A DNA stretch of 64,000 nt from Minisyncoccota bacterium (GTDB taxonomy: Bacteria > Patescibacteriota > Minisyncoccia > UBA6257 > GWB1-50-10): positions 2,910 through 66,909 of the forward strand of contig JAGVBB010000004.1 of NCBI GenBank assembly GCA_020059915.1. The letters run 5' to 3'. Below, one piece after another: positions 48,659 to 58,753 of the stretch. The notes beneath the pieces were generated by a model, which saw only the letters and a program-made list of their open reading frames with translations, ran no database searches and was not told the origin of the DNA. The first letter of the stretch is position 1; the number at the start of each line of letters is the position of its first letter. Made by a program: the position numbers and the translations under genes.

Positions 48659-49066
48659 CTAATATGTGGGCATCTCTTCCATCTCACCTTCAAACACATC
48701 AGAAGAATCGTTACATACTTTTGTTCTGTAAAAATCCCACTCTTCACATGTTCTTCCATCATCAAAAATACACACTCCATACATATTCCCATTGGCATCA
48801 GCGCGGAATTCAATAGATCCCCCTTCATCAAGACAAAAAACTGATGCGGGATTTGCAACACTTGTATTGCCTGCTGAATTCTTTTGAATAACACCACACA
48901 CCCTCTCTGGTTTTGGATCTCTTGGATTTCCATGTTTCACCCAACCACTCTGTTCACAAACCCACATATCCTCTGGTCCACCATAAATAAACCGAATCAT
49001 AAGAACAATGACAGCAATAGCAAAAAGACAGACGCCAATAATGCTTATTATTTTCTTTGTGTCCAT
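48659..49066 (-). CDS. Membrane-anchored Cys-rich protein with a DUF333-like domain
   Basis: N-terminal TM, EDMWVC..GWVKHGNP, ANPASVFC...GVC...CEEW. Confidence 0.75.
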   Translation of the reverse strand: MDTKKIISIIGVCLFAIAVIVLMIRFIYGGPEDMWVCEQSGWVKHGNPRDPKPERVCGVIQKNSAGNTSVANPASVFCLDEGGSIEFRADANGNMYGVCIFDDGRTCEEWDFYRTKVCNDSSDVFEGEMEEMPTY

Positions 49067-49078
49067 ATAGATATTATA

Positions 49079-49627
49079 CTAATTATCCGTTTCAGAATCC
49101 TTTTCTGGTAATAGATAACTATCCTTGGGGAATACCTTTATTGCAATCACAACAGCAATAAGGGCTATAACAATACCTCCCAAAGAATCGGTTGGCCAAT
49201 GAACTCCTGAATAAATACGGGCTAATGCGTTTATACATGCAAATAGTAAAAATATAATACCCCATCGTTTTGAAATCATATATACAACACAACCAAGTAT
49301 GGTGAGTACAATCGCATGGCTTGATGGAAATGCATAAGAGGTTTCAATAAAAAGCGGGGTGATTTGAAGAGCAATAAACGGTCTTGGTCTACTATAAAAA
49401 TAATGAATAATTTCAAAAATAAATCCTCGCGCAATAAGAAGTGAAAAAGTAATTATAATAAACAACCGCATGCGTTCTCTCCATGCCGGAATACGAATCC
49501 AAAGAATAATAGCAATAATACCTGCGAGATACGGGAGATATTCTGCAATCACAACAACAAACCAGTCAGCAAGTGCTGACCGGTTTGCAAATTCACTAAT
49601 GAATTGAAAAATCCCAAGATCAAACAT
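49079..49627 (-). CDS. PAP2-family phosphatase (BcrC-like undecaprenyl-PP phosphatase candidate)
   Basis: RPRP, FPSSH, ARIYSGVHWPTD. Confidence 0.88.
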   Translation of the reverse strand: MFDLGIFQFISEFANRSALADWFVVVIAEYLPYLAGIIAIILWIRIPAWRERMRLFIIITFSLLIARGFIFEIIHYFYSRPRPFIALQITPLFIETSYAFPSSHAIVLTILGCVVYMISKRWGIIFLLFACINALARIYSGVHWPTDSLGGIVIALIAVVIAIKVFPKDSYLLPEKDSETDN

Positions 49628-49634
49628 TATCTAT

Positions 49635-49838
49635 TTATTTATTATTTACAAACGGCAAAAGACCCATGATGCGAGCACGTTTGATTGCGTTTGCAAGACG
49701 GCGTTGGTGCTTTGCACAAACTCCTGTGTGTCGTGGATCAATGATTTTTGCCTGGCTTGAAGTATAACGTTTTAATAATTCAACGTTTTTAAAATCAATT
49801 TCTTTTGCGTTTTGTGAACAAAATGAACACTGTTTCAT
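49635..49838 (-). CDS. rpsR: 30S ribosomal protein S18 (Zn-binding type)
   Basis: CSFC, IDFK, TGVCAKHQR, IKRARIMGLLPF; start ATG 49838. Confidence 0.94.
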   Translation of the reverse strand: MKQCSFCSQNAKEIDFKNVELLKRYTSSQAKIIDPRHTGVCAKHQRRLANAIKRARIMGLLPFVNNK

Positions 49839-49842
49839 ATTT

Positions 49843-50319
49843 CTAAAATGGTATTTCATCCGACCTAATGTCTTCCTCAAGATTTATTTCTGGAAGTTCA
49901 TCTTTCATATCTTCAAGAAAATTATCTTTTGGTGATTCCTGTGAGAATTCTTTTGATCCCGAAGAAAAAGAATTTGAGCTACTTCCCATGGCACGTGGCC
50001 CCATCTGCATATTTTCACATACGATTTCTGTTGCATAACGGGTCTGTCCCGTTGTCTTATCTTGCCAACTTCTTGTTTGTAATCTTCCCTCAATAAGTAC
50101 CATGGTTCCCTTTTTAAGATATTGACTTGCAATTTCTGCCTGACGTCCCCACACTACTACATTATGAAATTGTGTATCAGTTTGCTTCTGTCCGTTCTTT
50201 GCAGTCCAGTTACGGTTTGTTGCAAGTGAAAATGATCCAACTGATTGACCACCAGGAGTGCTCCGTAATTGTGGATCATTGGTAAGCCGACCGATAATAA
50301 ATACTTTATTGAGATTCAT
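49843..50319 (-). CDS. ssb: Single-stranded DNA-binding protein
   Basis: NKVFIIGRL, IEGRLQTRSW, C-terminal DEIPF. Confidence 0.96.
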   Translation of the reverse strand: MNLNKVFIIGRLTNDPQLRSTPGGQSVGSFSLATNRNWTAKNGQKQTDTQFHNVVVWGRQAEIASQYLKKGTMVLIEGRLQTRSWQDKTTGQTRYATEIVCENMQMGPRAMGSSSNSFSSGSKEFSQESPKDNFLEDMKDELPEINLEEDIRSDEIPF

Positions 50320-50324
50320 CCCGT

Positions 50325-50723
50325 TTATTGTAATATTTCCTCTATCTTCTTCTCAAGTGCCTCATTAGGAAGCATTGCCTGGAGGGCACTCTTCAATCGA
50401 GATGGCCTTTTTGTTTCGTCGGTAGAACGCTTCTCGTTCACCTTCTTTTCTTTCTTCTCAGTGATGAGAACACGAACTACTTCTGGAATTTTAGAGAGAT
50501 CAGCACGAAGCTCCTTTTCCTCATGTTTTGGTACAGAAGCCTCAAATGTCACAAAAAATGCATACTGCTGTTTTTTTATATCATAAGAAAGTCGAATTTT
50601 CTGAATCGTCTTTTCTGAAGTTATCTCAACCCCGTGTGATTTAAAGACACGCTTTATTTCATCAACTGACTCGGTTTGAACCAAGACATTTATTTCAAAT
50701 TGTGTAATTATTTTTTCGTCCAT
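50325..50723 (-). CDS. rpsF: 30S ribosomal protein S6 (divergent)
   Basis: IRLSYDIKK motif; rpsF-ssb-rpsR synteny. Confidence 0.8.
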   Translation of the reverse strand: MDEKIITQFEINVLVQTESVDEIKRVFKSHGVEITSEKTIQKIRLSYDIKKQQYAFFVTFEASVPKHEEKELRADLSKIPEVVRVLITEKKEKKVNEKRSTDETKRPSRLKSALQAMLPNEALEKKIEEILQ

Positions 50724-50765
50724 AGCAATACAGATGTGGTTTTTACAATAGCAAAAGAATCTTGG

Positions 50766-53700
50766 TTAGTCAAACGATTCTTCTGATTCAACTTTTTCTT
50801 CTTCTACTCCATTTGTCGTTTCTCCAATATCTTTTACCGCCTCATCAACTATAAATTCTTCTTTTGGTATTTCATCTTGTCCAATAAGAATTTTTCCTCG
50901 ATTATCTTCTTCTCGCATTTTTTCAAGAATATCCTGAGGTATACCACGCTTTCCCGTTCCTGCTGGTATAAGTTTTCCAATAATGACATTTTCCTTAAGT
51001 CCGCGGAGTGGATCAACTTTTCCTTCAACTGCTGCGCTTACCAATACCCTACTTGTTTCTTGGAATGATGCAGCAGAAAGGAAGCTGGTAGAATTCAATG
51101 CTACACGAGTGATTCCCAATACTTTCAGTATTCCCTTTGCAATAGTTCCCTTTGCCTTCTTAACTGCACGATTTGATCGTATAAAGTCGGATTTTTCTAC
51201 CAAATCTCCAGGCATAAAATCTGTTTCTCCCGCCTCCTTCACATATACCCGAGACAACATTTGACGTGCAATTATTTCAATGTGTTTGTCATTGATTGCA
51301 GCACCTTGTGTTACATAAATTTTCTGCACTTCATTTATTATGTATCGCTCTGCATCTTCAAGTCCGCGAAGAACAAGCAATTCACGAATGTCGAGTGGTC
51401 CCTCAGTCAATGCATCACCACGCTTTATTATATCTCCTTCCTTTACCCGAATCATTGCTGTAGCAGAAATGATATACTCGTCAACATTTGCTTTTGTTGT
51501 TTTCTTTGTTTTTGCTCCAGATTTTGTAACCTTAATTATTTTTGCAAGTCCACGTTCTTCGATTTCTGTTACAAGACCATCATTTTTTGCAAGTGGGGCC
51601 TTTCCTTTTGGTGGACGAGCTTCAAAGATTTCCTCAACACGAGGAAGTCCGTGTGTGATATCAACACCAGCAATACCTCCTATGTGGAAGGTTCTCATGG
51701 TAAGCTGAGTTCCCGGCTCTCCAATTGATTGTGCTGCTATAACACCCACCGCAACACCTTCCTCTACTAACTTGTTTTTAGCAAGATCATATCCATAACA
51801 CATAGAACAAATTCCATGTGATGTCTTACATGTTATTGGGGAACGAACAGTAACAGAATCAAGTTTTGAATTATGAATTATTTTTGCAATATCACGGGTA
51901 ATTACTTCTCCTGCTTTTGCCACTGTTTTTCTCTCAATTTTTATGTCATTAAGAGCAACACGTGAATATAATCGCTCACCAAATTCATACCCATATCCAT
52001 CACCATCCTTTCTGAAAATAGTAATTCCCTCCTCTGTTCCACAATCGTCTTCCTGAATAGTGAGATCCTGTGAGACATCAACTAAACGTCGGGTAAGATA
52101 TCCCGCAGTTGCAGTTTTAAGTGCTGTATCTGTTGAACCTTTTCGTGAAGCGTGTGTGGACATAAAGTACTCAAGCACTCCAAATCCTTCCTTATAACAA
52201 GACTTGATTGGAAATTCTATTGTTTCTCCTTTTGGATTAATAGTAAGACCCTTCATTCCCATCATCTGTGTTGCCTGTGCCCAACTTCCACGTGCACCGG
52301 ATGCAATAATTGAATATACTGGGTTTCCTTTTTTCTCGGTAAGTGCATTTGGAATATGTTTCGTAATATTTTCACGAACCCCCGACCAAATATCAACCAC
52401 CCGTTGTTTTCTTTCACGATCAGTTAAGAATCCTTCATTATATTGAGAATCAATTTCATTAATATCGTCTTCTGCTTTTTTAATAATTTCCTTTTTCTCT
52501 TTTGGAATTTTTACGTCATCAATACTCCACGTTGCACCAGATGCAGACGCATATTGATAACCAAGATGTTTGATTCCATCAAGATATTGTGCTGTTGACT
52601 CAATTCCATATTGTTCAATAATTTTTGCAACAATTTTTGATATTTTCTTTTTGTTTAATTCATCATTAACAAATTCAAAATCTTCTGGAAGAATTTCGTT
52701 AAATATAATTCTCCCATATGAGGTCTCCTGCATTACGCCTTTTACTGGCACCTTGATACGGCTATTGATATCCACATATCCATGTTCGTATGCAAGACTA
52801 AGTTCGGTAACACTAGAAAATATTTTTCCTTCTCCCTTTGATCCATCTTCAATGTGAGTCAAAAAGAACACTCCAAGCACCATATCAAGAGATGGTGCAA
52901 CAATTGGGTCACCACTTGATGGTTTCAAGAGGTTTTTCCCCGCATCCATAAGGTTTGTTGCTTCATACTGTGCTTCAAGGGTAAGAGGAAGGTGTACTGC
53001 CATCTGGTCTCCATCAAAGTCTGCATTAAACGCAGAACACACAAGCGGTGGAATACGAATTGCTAAGTCCTCGATAAGCAACGGTTTGAATGCCTGAATA
53101 CCAAGTCGATGCAATGTCGGTGCACGGTTAAGAAGAACTTTTTTATTTTTTATAACTTCTTCAAGTATTTCCCATACTTCTGGGGATCCTTGTTCAATAA
53201 AACGGTTTGCCTGCTTTATATTGAAAGCAAAACCTCGTTCAATAATTTTATTTATGACAAAGTGCCTGAAAAGCTCGAGCGCCATATTTTTTGGAAGTCC
53301 ACATTCGTTCAACCGTAAATCTGGACCAACAACAATAACAGAACGAGCAGAATAATCTACACGTTTTCCCAAAAGGTTTTGGCGAAAACGACCCTGCTTT
53401 CCCTTTAACATGTCAGCAAGCGAACGAAGTGGTCGACGACGTGTAGAAAGTATCTGGCTTCCTGCACGTGTTGTGTTATCGATAAGAGCATCTACTGCCT
53501 CTTGAAGCATTCTCTTTTCATTAGTAAGAATAACTTCTGGAGAACGAAGTTCAATGAGTTTCTTAAGACGATTATTACGATTGATAACACGTCGATACAA
53601 ATCGTTTAAGTCTGCAGTCGCATATCTTCCTCCTTCGAGTGCAACCATTGGACGAAGATCTGGGGGAAGAATTGGCAATACAGTGATAATCATCCATTCT

Positions 53701-54482
53701 GGACGAATTCCAGAATCAACAAGAGATTGCGCTAATTTCAAACGACGAAGCACACGCTTTAATCTGCTTTCATCACGAACCTCAGCAAGTTCTTTTCTGA
53801 GATTTTTTACAAGGAGTTTTAAATCAATTTGTTCAAGAATTTTTCTTACCGCACCAGCTCCTCTATCTGCTTCAAAGATATCTGCAAAACGCTCTGAGAG
53901 AGTGAAATATTCTGACTCAGTCAAAATAAGACCAGGACGGAGTGTGGTAACAACCTGCCGTATATTTTCTCCCTTCTCCACAATCTCATCCATATTTGGA
54001 GATCCTTTAAGTCCTTTTACTTCTCTTGCAATACTTTCAAGTGCATGTTTTCGCGCATCCTCATTAACATGAGTTACCACAAATGCTGCATAATAGAGAA
54101 CCTTTTCAAGTTTTGAAACTGGTATATCTAAAAGCAAACTAAGTTTTGATGGGACAGTACGCATGAACCAAATATGCGCAACAGGAGCCGCAAGCGTAAT
54201 ATGTCCCATACGCTCTCGACGTACAATTGCACGCGTTACTTCAACGCCACATTTTTCACAGGTAACTCCTTTGTATCGTACTTTTTTATATTTTCCACAG
54301 TAACATTCATAGTCTTTTGTTGGACCAAAGATACGCTCAGAAAACAAGCCATCTTTCTCAGGTCTCTGAGTTCGATAGTTTAATGTTTCTGGTTTTGTAA
54401 CCTCACCATATGACCATTTGAGAATCTCGTCTGGAGATGCGAGTCGGATTGAGATGCTGTTAATTTCTAATTGTCTTTCCAT
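50766..54482 (-). CDS. rpoC: RNA polymerase beta' subunit
   Basis: NADFDGD, CYCGKY..CEKC, GEPGTQLTMRTFH. Confidence 0.99.
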   Translation of the reverse strand: MERQLEINSISIRLASPDEILKWSYGEVTKPETLNYRTQRPEKDGLFSERIFGPTKDYECYCGKYKKVRYKGVTCEKCGVEVTRAIVRRERMGHITLAAPVAHIWFMRTVPSKLSLLLDIPVSKLEKVLYYAAFVVTHVNEDARKHALESIAREVKGLKGSPNMDEIVEKGENIRQVVTTLRPGLILTESEYFTLSERFADIFEADRGAGAVRKILEQIDLKLLVKNLRKELAEVRDESRLKRVLRRLKLAQSLVDSGIRPEWMIITVLPILPPDLRPMVALEGGRYATADLNDLYRRVINRNNRLKKLIELRSPEVILTNEKRMLQEAVDALIDNTTRAGSQILSTRRRPLRSLADMLKGKQGRFRQNLLGKRVDYSARSVIVVGPDLRLNECGLPKNMALELFRHFVINKIIERGFAFNIKQANRFIEQGSPEVWEILEEVIKNKKVLLNRAPTLHRLGIQAFKPLLIEDLAIRIPPLVCSAFNADFDGDQMAVHLPLTLEAQYEATNLMDAGKNLLKPSSGDPIVAPSLDMVLGVFFLTHIEDGSKGEGKIFSSVTELSLAYEHGYVDINSRIKVPVKGVMQETSYGRIIFNEILPEDFEFVNDELNKKKISKIVAKIIEQYGIESTAQYLDGIKHLGYQYASASGATWSIDDVKIPKEKKEIIKKAEDDINEIDSQYNEGFLTDRERKQRVVDIWSGVRENITKHIPNALTEKKGNPVYSIIASGARGSWAQATQMMGMKGLTINPKGETIEFPIKSCYKEGFGVLEYFMSTHASRKGSTDTALKTATAGYLTRRLVDVSQDLTIQEDDCGTEEGITIFRKDGDGYGYEFGERLYSRVALNDIKIERKTVAKAGEVITRDIAKIIHNSKLDSVTVRSPITCKTSHGICSMCYGYDLAKNKLVEEGVAVGVIAAQSIGEPGTQLTMRTFHIGGIAGVDITHGLPRVEEIFEARPPKGKAPLAKNDGLVTEIEERGLAKIIKVTKSGAKTKKTTKANVDEYIISATAMIRVKEGDIIKRGDALTEGPLDIRELLVLRGLEDAERYIINEVQKIYVTQGAAINDKHIEIIARQMLSRVYVKEAGETDFMPGDLVEKSDFIRSNRAVKKAKGTIAKGILKVLGITRVALNSTSFLSAASFQETSRVLVSAAVEGKVDPLRGLKENVIIGKLIPAGTGKRGIPQDILEKMREEDNRGKILIGQDEIPKEEFIVDEAVKDIGETTNGVEEEKVESEESFD

Positions 54483-54502
54483 GTTTTTTAAAATAATTAA
54501 TG

Positions 54503-57500
54503 TTATTCCTCATCTTCTATTTCAACTGGTCGCCCTTTTTCAATTTCTCGTTCTCCATCGTAATGAACACCGAGCCCCAAAGATTTCAATTCACTAAGCA
54601 AGACATTGAATGATGCAGGGACATTTGGCTTTCTTATTTCTGTCCCTCTGATAATTGATTCAAATGCTGCAGACCTTCCTAGTACATCGTCAGATTTTAT
54701 AGTAAGCATTTCTTGCAATGTATGCGCTGCTCCATATCCTTCGAGCGCCCACACTTCCATTTCTCCAAATCGTTGTCCTCCAAGTTGAGCTTTTCCTCCT
54801 AACGGCTGTTGAGTAATCAATGAGTATGGACCCGTTGAACGCATATGGATTTTATCTTCCACTAAATGGTTGAGTTTCATCATATAGATACAACCGACCA
54901 TGATTGGATCTCTAAACGCCTCTCCGGTAAGTCCATCATACAATGTCATTTTTCCTGTTTCGGAAAATCCTGCGCGAACCAATTCTTCTTGAATCTCTTT
55001 TTCATTTCCTCCAACAAAGTTTGGAACCACTGCTCTATATTTCAGCGTCGATGCTGCAAGTCCCAAGTGAGTTTCAAGAATTTGTCCAAGGTTCATACGT
55101 GATGCAACACCAAGTGGGTTTAACACCACATCAACTGGCGTGCCATCGGGAAGATATGGCATGTCCTCCACTGGACGGATAGTCGAAATAACACCTTTGT
55201 TTCCATGGCGTCCTGCAAGTTTGTCACCAGCACGAATTTTACGAAGCTGAGCAACCTCAACCTGAACTTTCTTTATAATTCCTGGTTCAAGTTTATCTCC
55301 TTTCTCTCGTGAAAATATTTTTATACCAATAATTCTCCCTGTTTTTCCATGAGGTAGGGTGAGTGATGTATCTTTCACATCACGCGCCTTTTCACCAAAG
55401 ATCGCACGAAGCAATCGTTCTTCTGAAGAAAGTTCCGATTCACCTTTTGGTGAAATTTTACCAACAAGGATATCTCCTGGTCGAACCTCTGCGCCAATAC
55501 GAACAATACCCTCTTCATCAAGGTTTCTTAATTTCTCTTCTGAAACATTCGGGATATCTGGTGTTGTAATTTCTGGACCAAGTTTTGTATCGCGTACTGA
55601 ACAAATAAATGTTTCAATGTGAATTGAAGTAAAGCGATCTTTTTGTGCAACGCGCTCTGAAAGCACCACTGCATCTTCAAAGTTCCAACCTCTCCATGGC
55701 ACAAACGCAACAACAAGATTTTGTCCCAAACTTAATACTCCATCTTTTGTTCCTGGTCCATCCGCAATAACATCACCTTTTTTTACTTTATCTCCAACGT
55801 GCACAATAGGACGCTGTGAAAGACATGTTGATTGGTTTGATCTTCGGAATTTAAGGATTGAATATCTTTTTGTTCCAGAATTTCCCTTCACAGCAATACT
55901 GTGAGAATCAGATTCAGTAATAACTCCATCTTCTTCAGCAACAATTACCTGTTCCGAATCATGTGCTGCTCGATCTTCCTGTCCAGTTCCTACATAAGGA
56001 ATTTCTGGGTGAATTGACGGAACTCCTTGACGTTGCATGTTTGATCCCATGAGTGCGCGGTTTGCATCATCGTGTTCCAAAAATGGAATGAGAGATGCAG
56101 AAACGCTGGTAAATTGATTTGCAGAAACATCCATGAAATCTATCTCTTCTCTTTTACATTCTCCCGGCTTTCCCTTTACGCGTGCAGGAAGTACATCTGG
56201 CACAATAAATCCTTTTTCATCAATAGCAACATCTGCCTGCGCAATGTTATATTTTTCTTCTTCAATTGCATCAAGCCATACCAATGATGAGGTTACTACC
56301 CCATTCTTTACTTTGTGATATGGAGATTCTAGAAATCCAAAGTCGTTTAATCGGGCATGGTTTGCTATATAGCTCACCAAACCAATGTTTGCCCCTTCTG
56401 GGGTTTGTACAGGACAAATGCGTCCATAATATGAAGAGTGTACATCACGAACCTCAAATCCTGCGCGCTCTCGAGTAAGTCCACCAGGGCCCATTGCAGA
56501 CATTCTCCGCTTGTGTTCAAGCTCTGCTAATGGATTTACCTGATCCATGAACTGTGAAAGCTGTGAAGAAGAGAAAAAATCTCTAACTACTGCAGTTAAT
56601 AATTTATAGTTAACCAACTGTACTGGTTGTAATGTTTGTCGTTCAAGTGTGGACATTCTATCCTGAACCCCACGTCGTAGACGAGCAAATCCAACACGAA
56701 GACGTGATTGTACCAATTCTCCAACTGCACGAACTCTTCGATTCCCTAAATGATCAATGTCGTCTGGTTCAGCGCTGGCATTATTATTCATTCGAATAAT
56801 TTCTTTTATGATGATGGTGAGATCCTCTTTATCAAGAACACCTTCTTCTTTATTTTCAATTGAAAGACGTTGATTTAATTTATATCTTCCCACCGCACTC
56901 AAATCATAACGATCAAATCGAAAGAACATTCCTTCAATAAGTGAACGGGCGTTATCAACGGTAGTGAGATCTCCAGGTCGAAGGCGATTATGAATTCCGA
57001 GAAGAGATTCATCCTGGTTTTCTGCATCATCTTTTTTGAGAGTTGCTTGGATATGTTTAAGATCTCCGGTATCAACATCAGAAAATGCTTTGAGCATCTC
57101 TTCATTTGATGAATAACCAAAAATTCGCAAAAGCTGAGTTACAGGAGCTTTTCTCTTGCGATCTATACGAACACCAATAAATCCATCTGCTTCTGTTTCA
57201 AATTCAAGCCATGCACCACGGTTTGGAATAACTTTTGCACCAAACATCTTCTTTCCTCGAAAAATGTTTGTAGTAAAATATGCGCCTGGACTTCGGACTA
57301 ATTGGGAAATCACAACGCGCTCAACACCATTAATGATGAATGTTCCACGTGCTGTCATAAGTGGAAAATCTCCAAGATATACCTCCTGTTCAAACGAGTC
57401 ATTGGTGGTACGATTTACCAATTTAAGATTTACTCGAAGCGCTGCTTCATACGTTAAATCTTTTTCTTTTGTTTGTTCTTCTGTATATTTTGGGTTATCA

Positions 57501-57685
57501 AATTTATAATCCAAAAAATGAAGTTCAAGTTCCTTTCCTGTGTGATCTTTAATCGGAGAGATTTCATCGAACAACTCTCGAAGACCCTTTTCTACAAACC
57601 ACTTGAAAGAATTGCGTTGAATCTCAATGAGGTTCATCGCAGGAAATTTCGGCCCGTTATATGAAGAGAATATTTTTGTTTTCAT
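54503..57685 (-). CDS. rpoB: RNA polymerase beta subunit
   Basis: SQFMDQ, GDKLAGRHGNKG, GQRFGEMEVWALE. Confidence 0.99.
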   Translation of the reverse strand: MKTKIFSSYNGPKFPAMNLIEIQRNSFKWFVEKGLRELFDEISPIKDHTGKELELHFLDYKFDNPKYTEEQTKEKDLTYEAALRVNLKLVNRTTNDSFEQEVYLGDFPLMTARGTFIINGVERVVISQLVRSPGAYFTTNIFRGKKMFGAKVIPNRGAWLEFETEADGFIGVRIDRKRKAPVTQLLRIFGYSSNEEMLKAFSDVDTGDLKHIQATLKKDDAENQDESLLGIHNRLRPGDLTTVDNARSLIEGMFFRFDRYDLSAVGRYKLNQRLSIENKEEGVLDKEDLTIIIKEIIRMNNNASAEPDDIDHLGNRRVRAVGELVQSRLRVGFARLRRGVQDRMSTLERQTLQPVQLVNYKLLTAVVRDFFSSSQLSQFMDQVNPLAELEHKRRMSAMGPGGLTRERAGFEVRDVHSSYYGRICPVQTPEGANIGLVSYIANHARLNDFGFLESPYHKVKNGVVTSSLVWLDAIEEEKYNIAQADVAIDEKGFIVPDVLPARVKGKPGECKREEIDFMDVSANQFTSVSASLIPFLEHDDANRALMGSNMQRQGVPSIHPEIPYVGTGQEDRAAHDSEQVIVAEEDGVITESDSHSIAVKGNSGTKRYSILKFRRSNQSTCLSQRPIVHVGDKVKKGDVIADGPGTKDGVLSLGQNLVVAFVPWRGWNFEDAVVLSERVAQKDRFTSIHIETFICSVRDTKLGPEITTPDIPNVSEEKLRNLDEEGIVRIGAEVRPGDILVGKISPKGESELSSEERLLRAIFGEKARDVKDTSLTLPHGKTGRIIGIKIFSREKGDKLEPGIIKKVQVEVAQLRKIRAGDKLAGRHGNKGVISTIRPVEDMPYLPDGTPVDVVLNPLGVASRMNLGQILETHLGLAASTLKYRAVVPNFVGGNEKEIQEELVRAGFSETGKMTLYDGLTGEAFRDPIMVGCIYMMKLNHLVEDKIHMRSTGPYSLITQQPLGGKAQLGGQRFGEMEVWALEGYGAAHTLQEMLTIKSDDVLGRSAAFESIIRGTEIRKPNVPASFNVLLSELKSLGLGVHYDGEREIEKGRPVEIEDEE

Positions 57686-57706
57686 CGTTTAATAGTTTTT
57701 TAATAT

Positions 57707-58753
57707 TTATAAGTATTTCGCTTTTTTTATATTGTGTTCATCAAGTGTTCTTGAGAACATGGTTTCTCCCGTCTTTGCTGATAAATAATATAAGTATTGG
57801 GTCGTCTGCGGTTCTATAGCTGCTTTGATTGCTGTCTGTCCTGGATTTGCAATCGGAGTCGGTGGAAATCCTAACCGCTGATATGTGTTGTAGAGAGATG
57901 GAAGTGATATATCCCCCCGCACCAAACTGATTACATCACACCCCCTATACTTCCCATCACACTTTGCATAACTAATTGTTGCATCCGCCTGGATTGGCAT
58001 ACGAATTGATATTCTCTTTAAGAATATTCCCGCAACGATTTGTCTATCCTCAAGTGTTATTACCTCTCGTTCAAGAATTGATGAAAGAATAAGTCGGTCA
58101 TACCAATCATCTTTTTCTTTCAGTACTGGCCACACCTTTCTATCAAATGTTTCTAAAAGTCTTCTGATAATTTCTTCTCCAGTAGCATCAAGTGGAATAC
58201 GATATGTATCAGGGAACAAGAACCCTTCAAGTGATGTTTTCTTTTCGAGAAACGGAAATTCTTTTTCAAATAATTTTGGATCTTTGGGGATTGTTGAACT
58301 TGGGGAAAGAATTCCAGATTTAATAGCAATTTCTTCAATATCCTTTATTGTTGATCCTTCAGGAATAACAATGGTAGTTTCATTCTTTCCTTTTTCGGTA
58401 AGTGTATTAACCATTTCAGGAATACTCATTGAATTAGTCACGTTGTATACGCCAGGCTGAAAACGATGGGCGGTGCCAGAAATAATGGTATAAAATTTAA
58501 ACGCAGTAATTGATCTAATAAGATTTTTTTGAGAAAGCCGACTAGCGATTCCCTTCACCCCTTCACCTTTCTCAATTTTGAACTGAAATGTTTTTGTTGC
58601 TTCCACAATTTGTTCACTACCACGATTTTTAACATCGGTTGGTTGTAGCGAATAGAAGAAATAAGCAACTACAAAAATAAGAACTAAAATAGCTCCTAAT
58701 ATGATTAGGAGACGCACACTTAAGCTGCCTCGTTGTTCATGCTGAGGATTCAA
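57707..58753 (-). CDS. mltG: Endolytic transglycosylase MltG (YceG family)
   Basis: IPEG, LEGFLFPDTY, SILERE, YNTY..GFPPTPIANPG. Confidence 0.92.
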   Translation of the reverse strand: MNPQHEQRGSLSVRLLIILGAILVLIFVVAYFFYSLQPTDVKNRGSEQIVEATKTFQFKIEKGEGVKGIASRLSQKNLIRSITAFKFYTIISGTAHRFQPGVYNVTNSMSIPEMVNTLTEKGKNETTIVIPEGSTIKDIEEIAIKSGILSPSSTIPKDPKLFEKEFPFLEKKTSLEGFLFPDTYRIPLDATGEEIIRRLLETFDRKVWPVLKEKDDWYDRLILSSILEREVITLEDRQIVAGIFLKRISIRMPIQADATISYAKCDGKYRGCDVISLVRGDISLPSLYNTYQRLGFPPTPIANPGQTAIKAAIEPQTTQYLYYLSAKTGETMFSRTLDEHNIKKAKYL

